Assembly: GCF_024521635.1 (NCBI RefSeq)
Contig: NW_026250410.1
Location: 372,001 to 436,000, forward strand
Source of the DNA: Tricharina praecox
Lineage: Eukaryota
DNA: 64,000 bases
Direction of reading: 5' to 3'
The notes below the pieces were generated by a model, which saw only the letters and a list, made by a program, of their open reading frames with translations, was not told the DNA's origin and searched no databases. This document shows positions 63,450 through 64,000 of the stretch, one piece after another. The first letter of the stretch is position 1; each line of letters starts with the position of its first letter. The position numbers and the translations under genes were made by a program.

Positions 63450-63617
63450 CACGCATTGCTTGTACCCTAGGGAGCCCGCAGCCCTATCTTCTAGTCTTGA
63501 TCCATCTGTATATCGCCTTACCTTCTGTGTAGGAGATTCAGGTTTCCCGCCGTACATTTTGCTTCCTCTATTCCCTCGATAATGAAGTTCATCGTAGGGA
63601 TAGGTACTCACCTCCAC
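63450..63617 (-). pseudogene. Possible non-LTR retrotransposon RNase H remnant
   Basis: Short frame encodes YTDGSRLEDRAAG..LG, resembling RNase H motif 1, and ends at the MITE terminus. Confidence 0.4.
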
Positions 63618-64000
63618 AGCAGCGTAAGGTGTGTCACGTGATAATTACTGCCGAGTGATATCAAACTAGTGCTCCCTCCGTCACGCCAAAAACAAAAACA
63701 AAAACCGTCACCACCTCCGGTGGGTGGCTTGAAAACCCCAAGAGTTGAATACAAAGGTTTTCTACCTAGGTTAAACCCGGAAATTTCCCTCGACTCCCCT
63801 CGCCGATTGCATGGCCTAAACCACTAGACCACGCGGGAATTTTTCCGTGCTGGAAACAGCAATTCGATACCTATAAAGTGGTGGGTGCCCTCGCGACGGA
63901 CAAGCTCCGTCACAACGCTGTCTGTGCTGAACGAGTGAAAAACATGCCGTGTGCTTTGAATAGATCTGATGTGACGTCTTTCTGTGTTTGAACGAAAGGT

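Overview
Gene-dense, intron-containing DNA from a filamentous ascomycete. Short GT-AG introns with CTRAC branch points and the protein sequences point to Pezizomycotina, possibly Pezizomycetes (inference). I can reconstruct about 23 protein-coding genes. Most are housekeeping: Smr-domain protein (partial), APC6/Cut9, Mss116-like DEAD-box helicase, UPF0047, dephospho-CoA kinase, insulysin/Ste23, NAP-family chaperone, Mpp6-like zinc-knuckle protein, complex I zinc-finger subunit, Tlg1, DNAJC11-like, DUF3712-like, Bcs1, AIG1-like membrane protein, Psk1-like kinase, AP-2 beta, EMC4, enoyl-CoA hydratase, myosin light chain, PGI and Ada2. The most interesting part is a gene-poor island at about 36.8-49.8 kb holding a head-to-head pair: an atypical HSPA12-like Hsp70, and an unannotated 274-aa protein with an N-terminal lipid-anchor motif and a C-terminus reminiscent of the GrpE beta-head. 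This is a candidate dedicated chaperone/co-factor module. Also present are a GC-AG intron inside the Mpp6 motif, a hAT-like MITE composite with a degenerate second copy, and a LINE RNase H remnant. Exon boundaries and family assignments were made by eye; no database searches were run.
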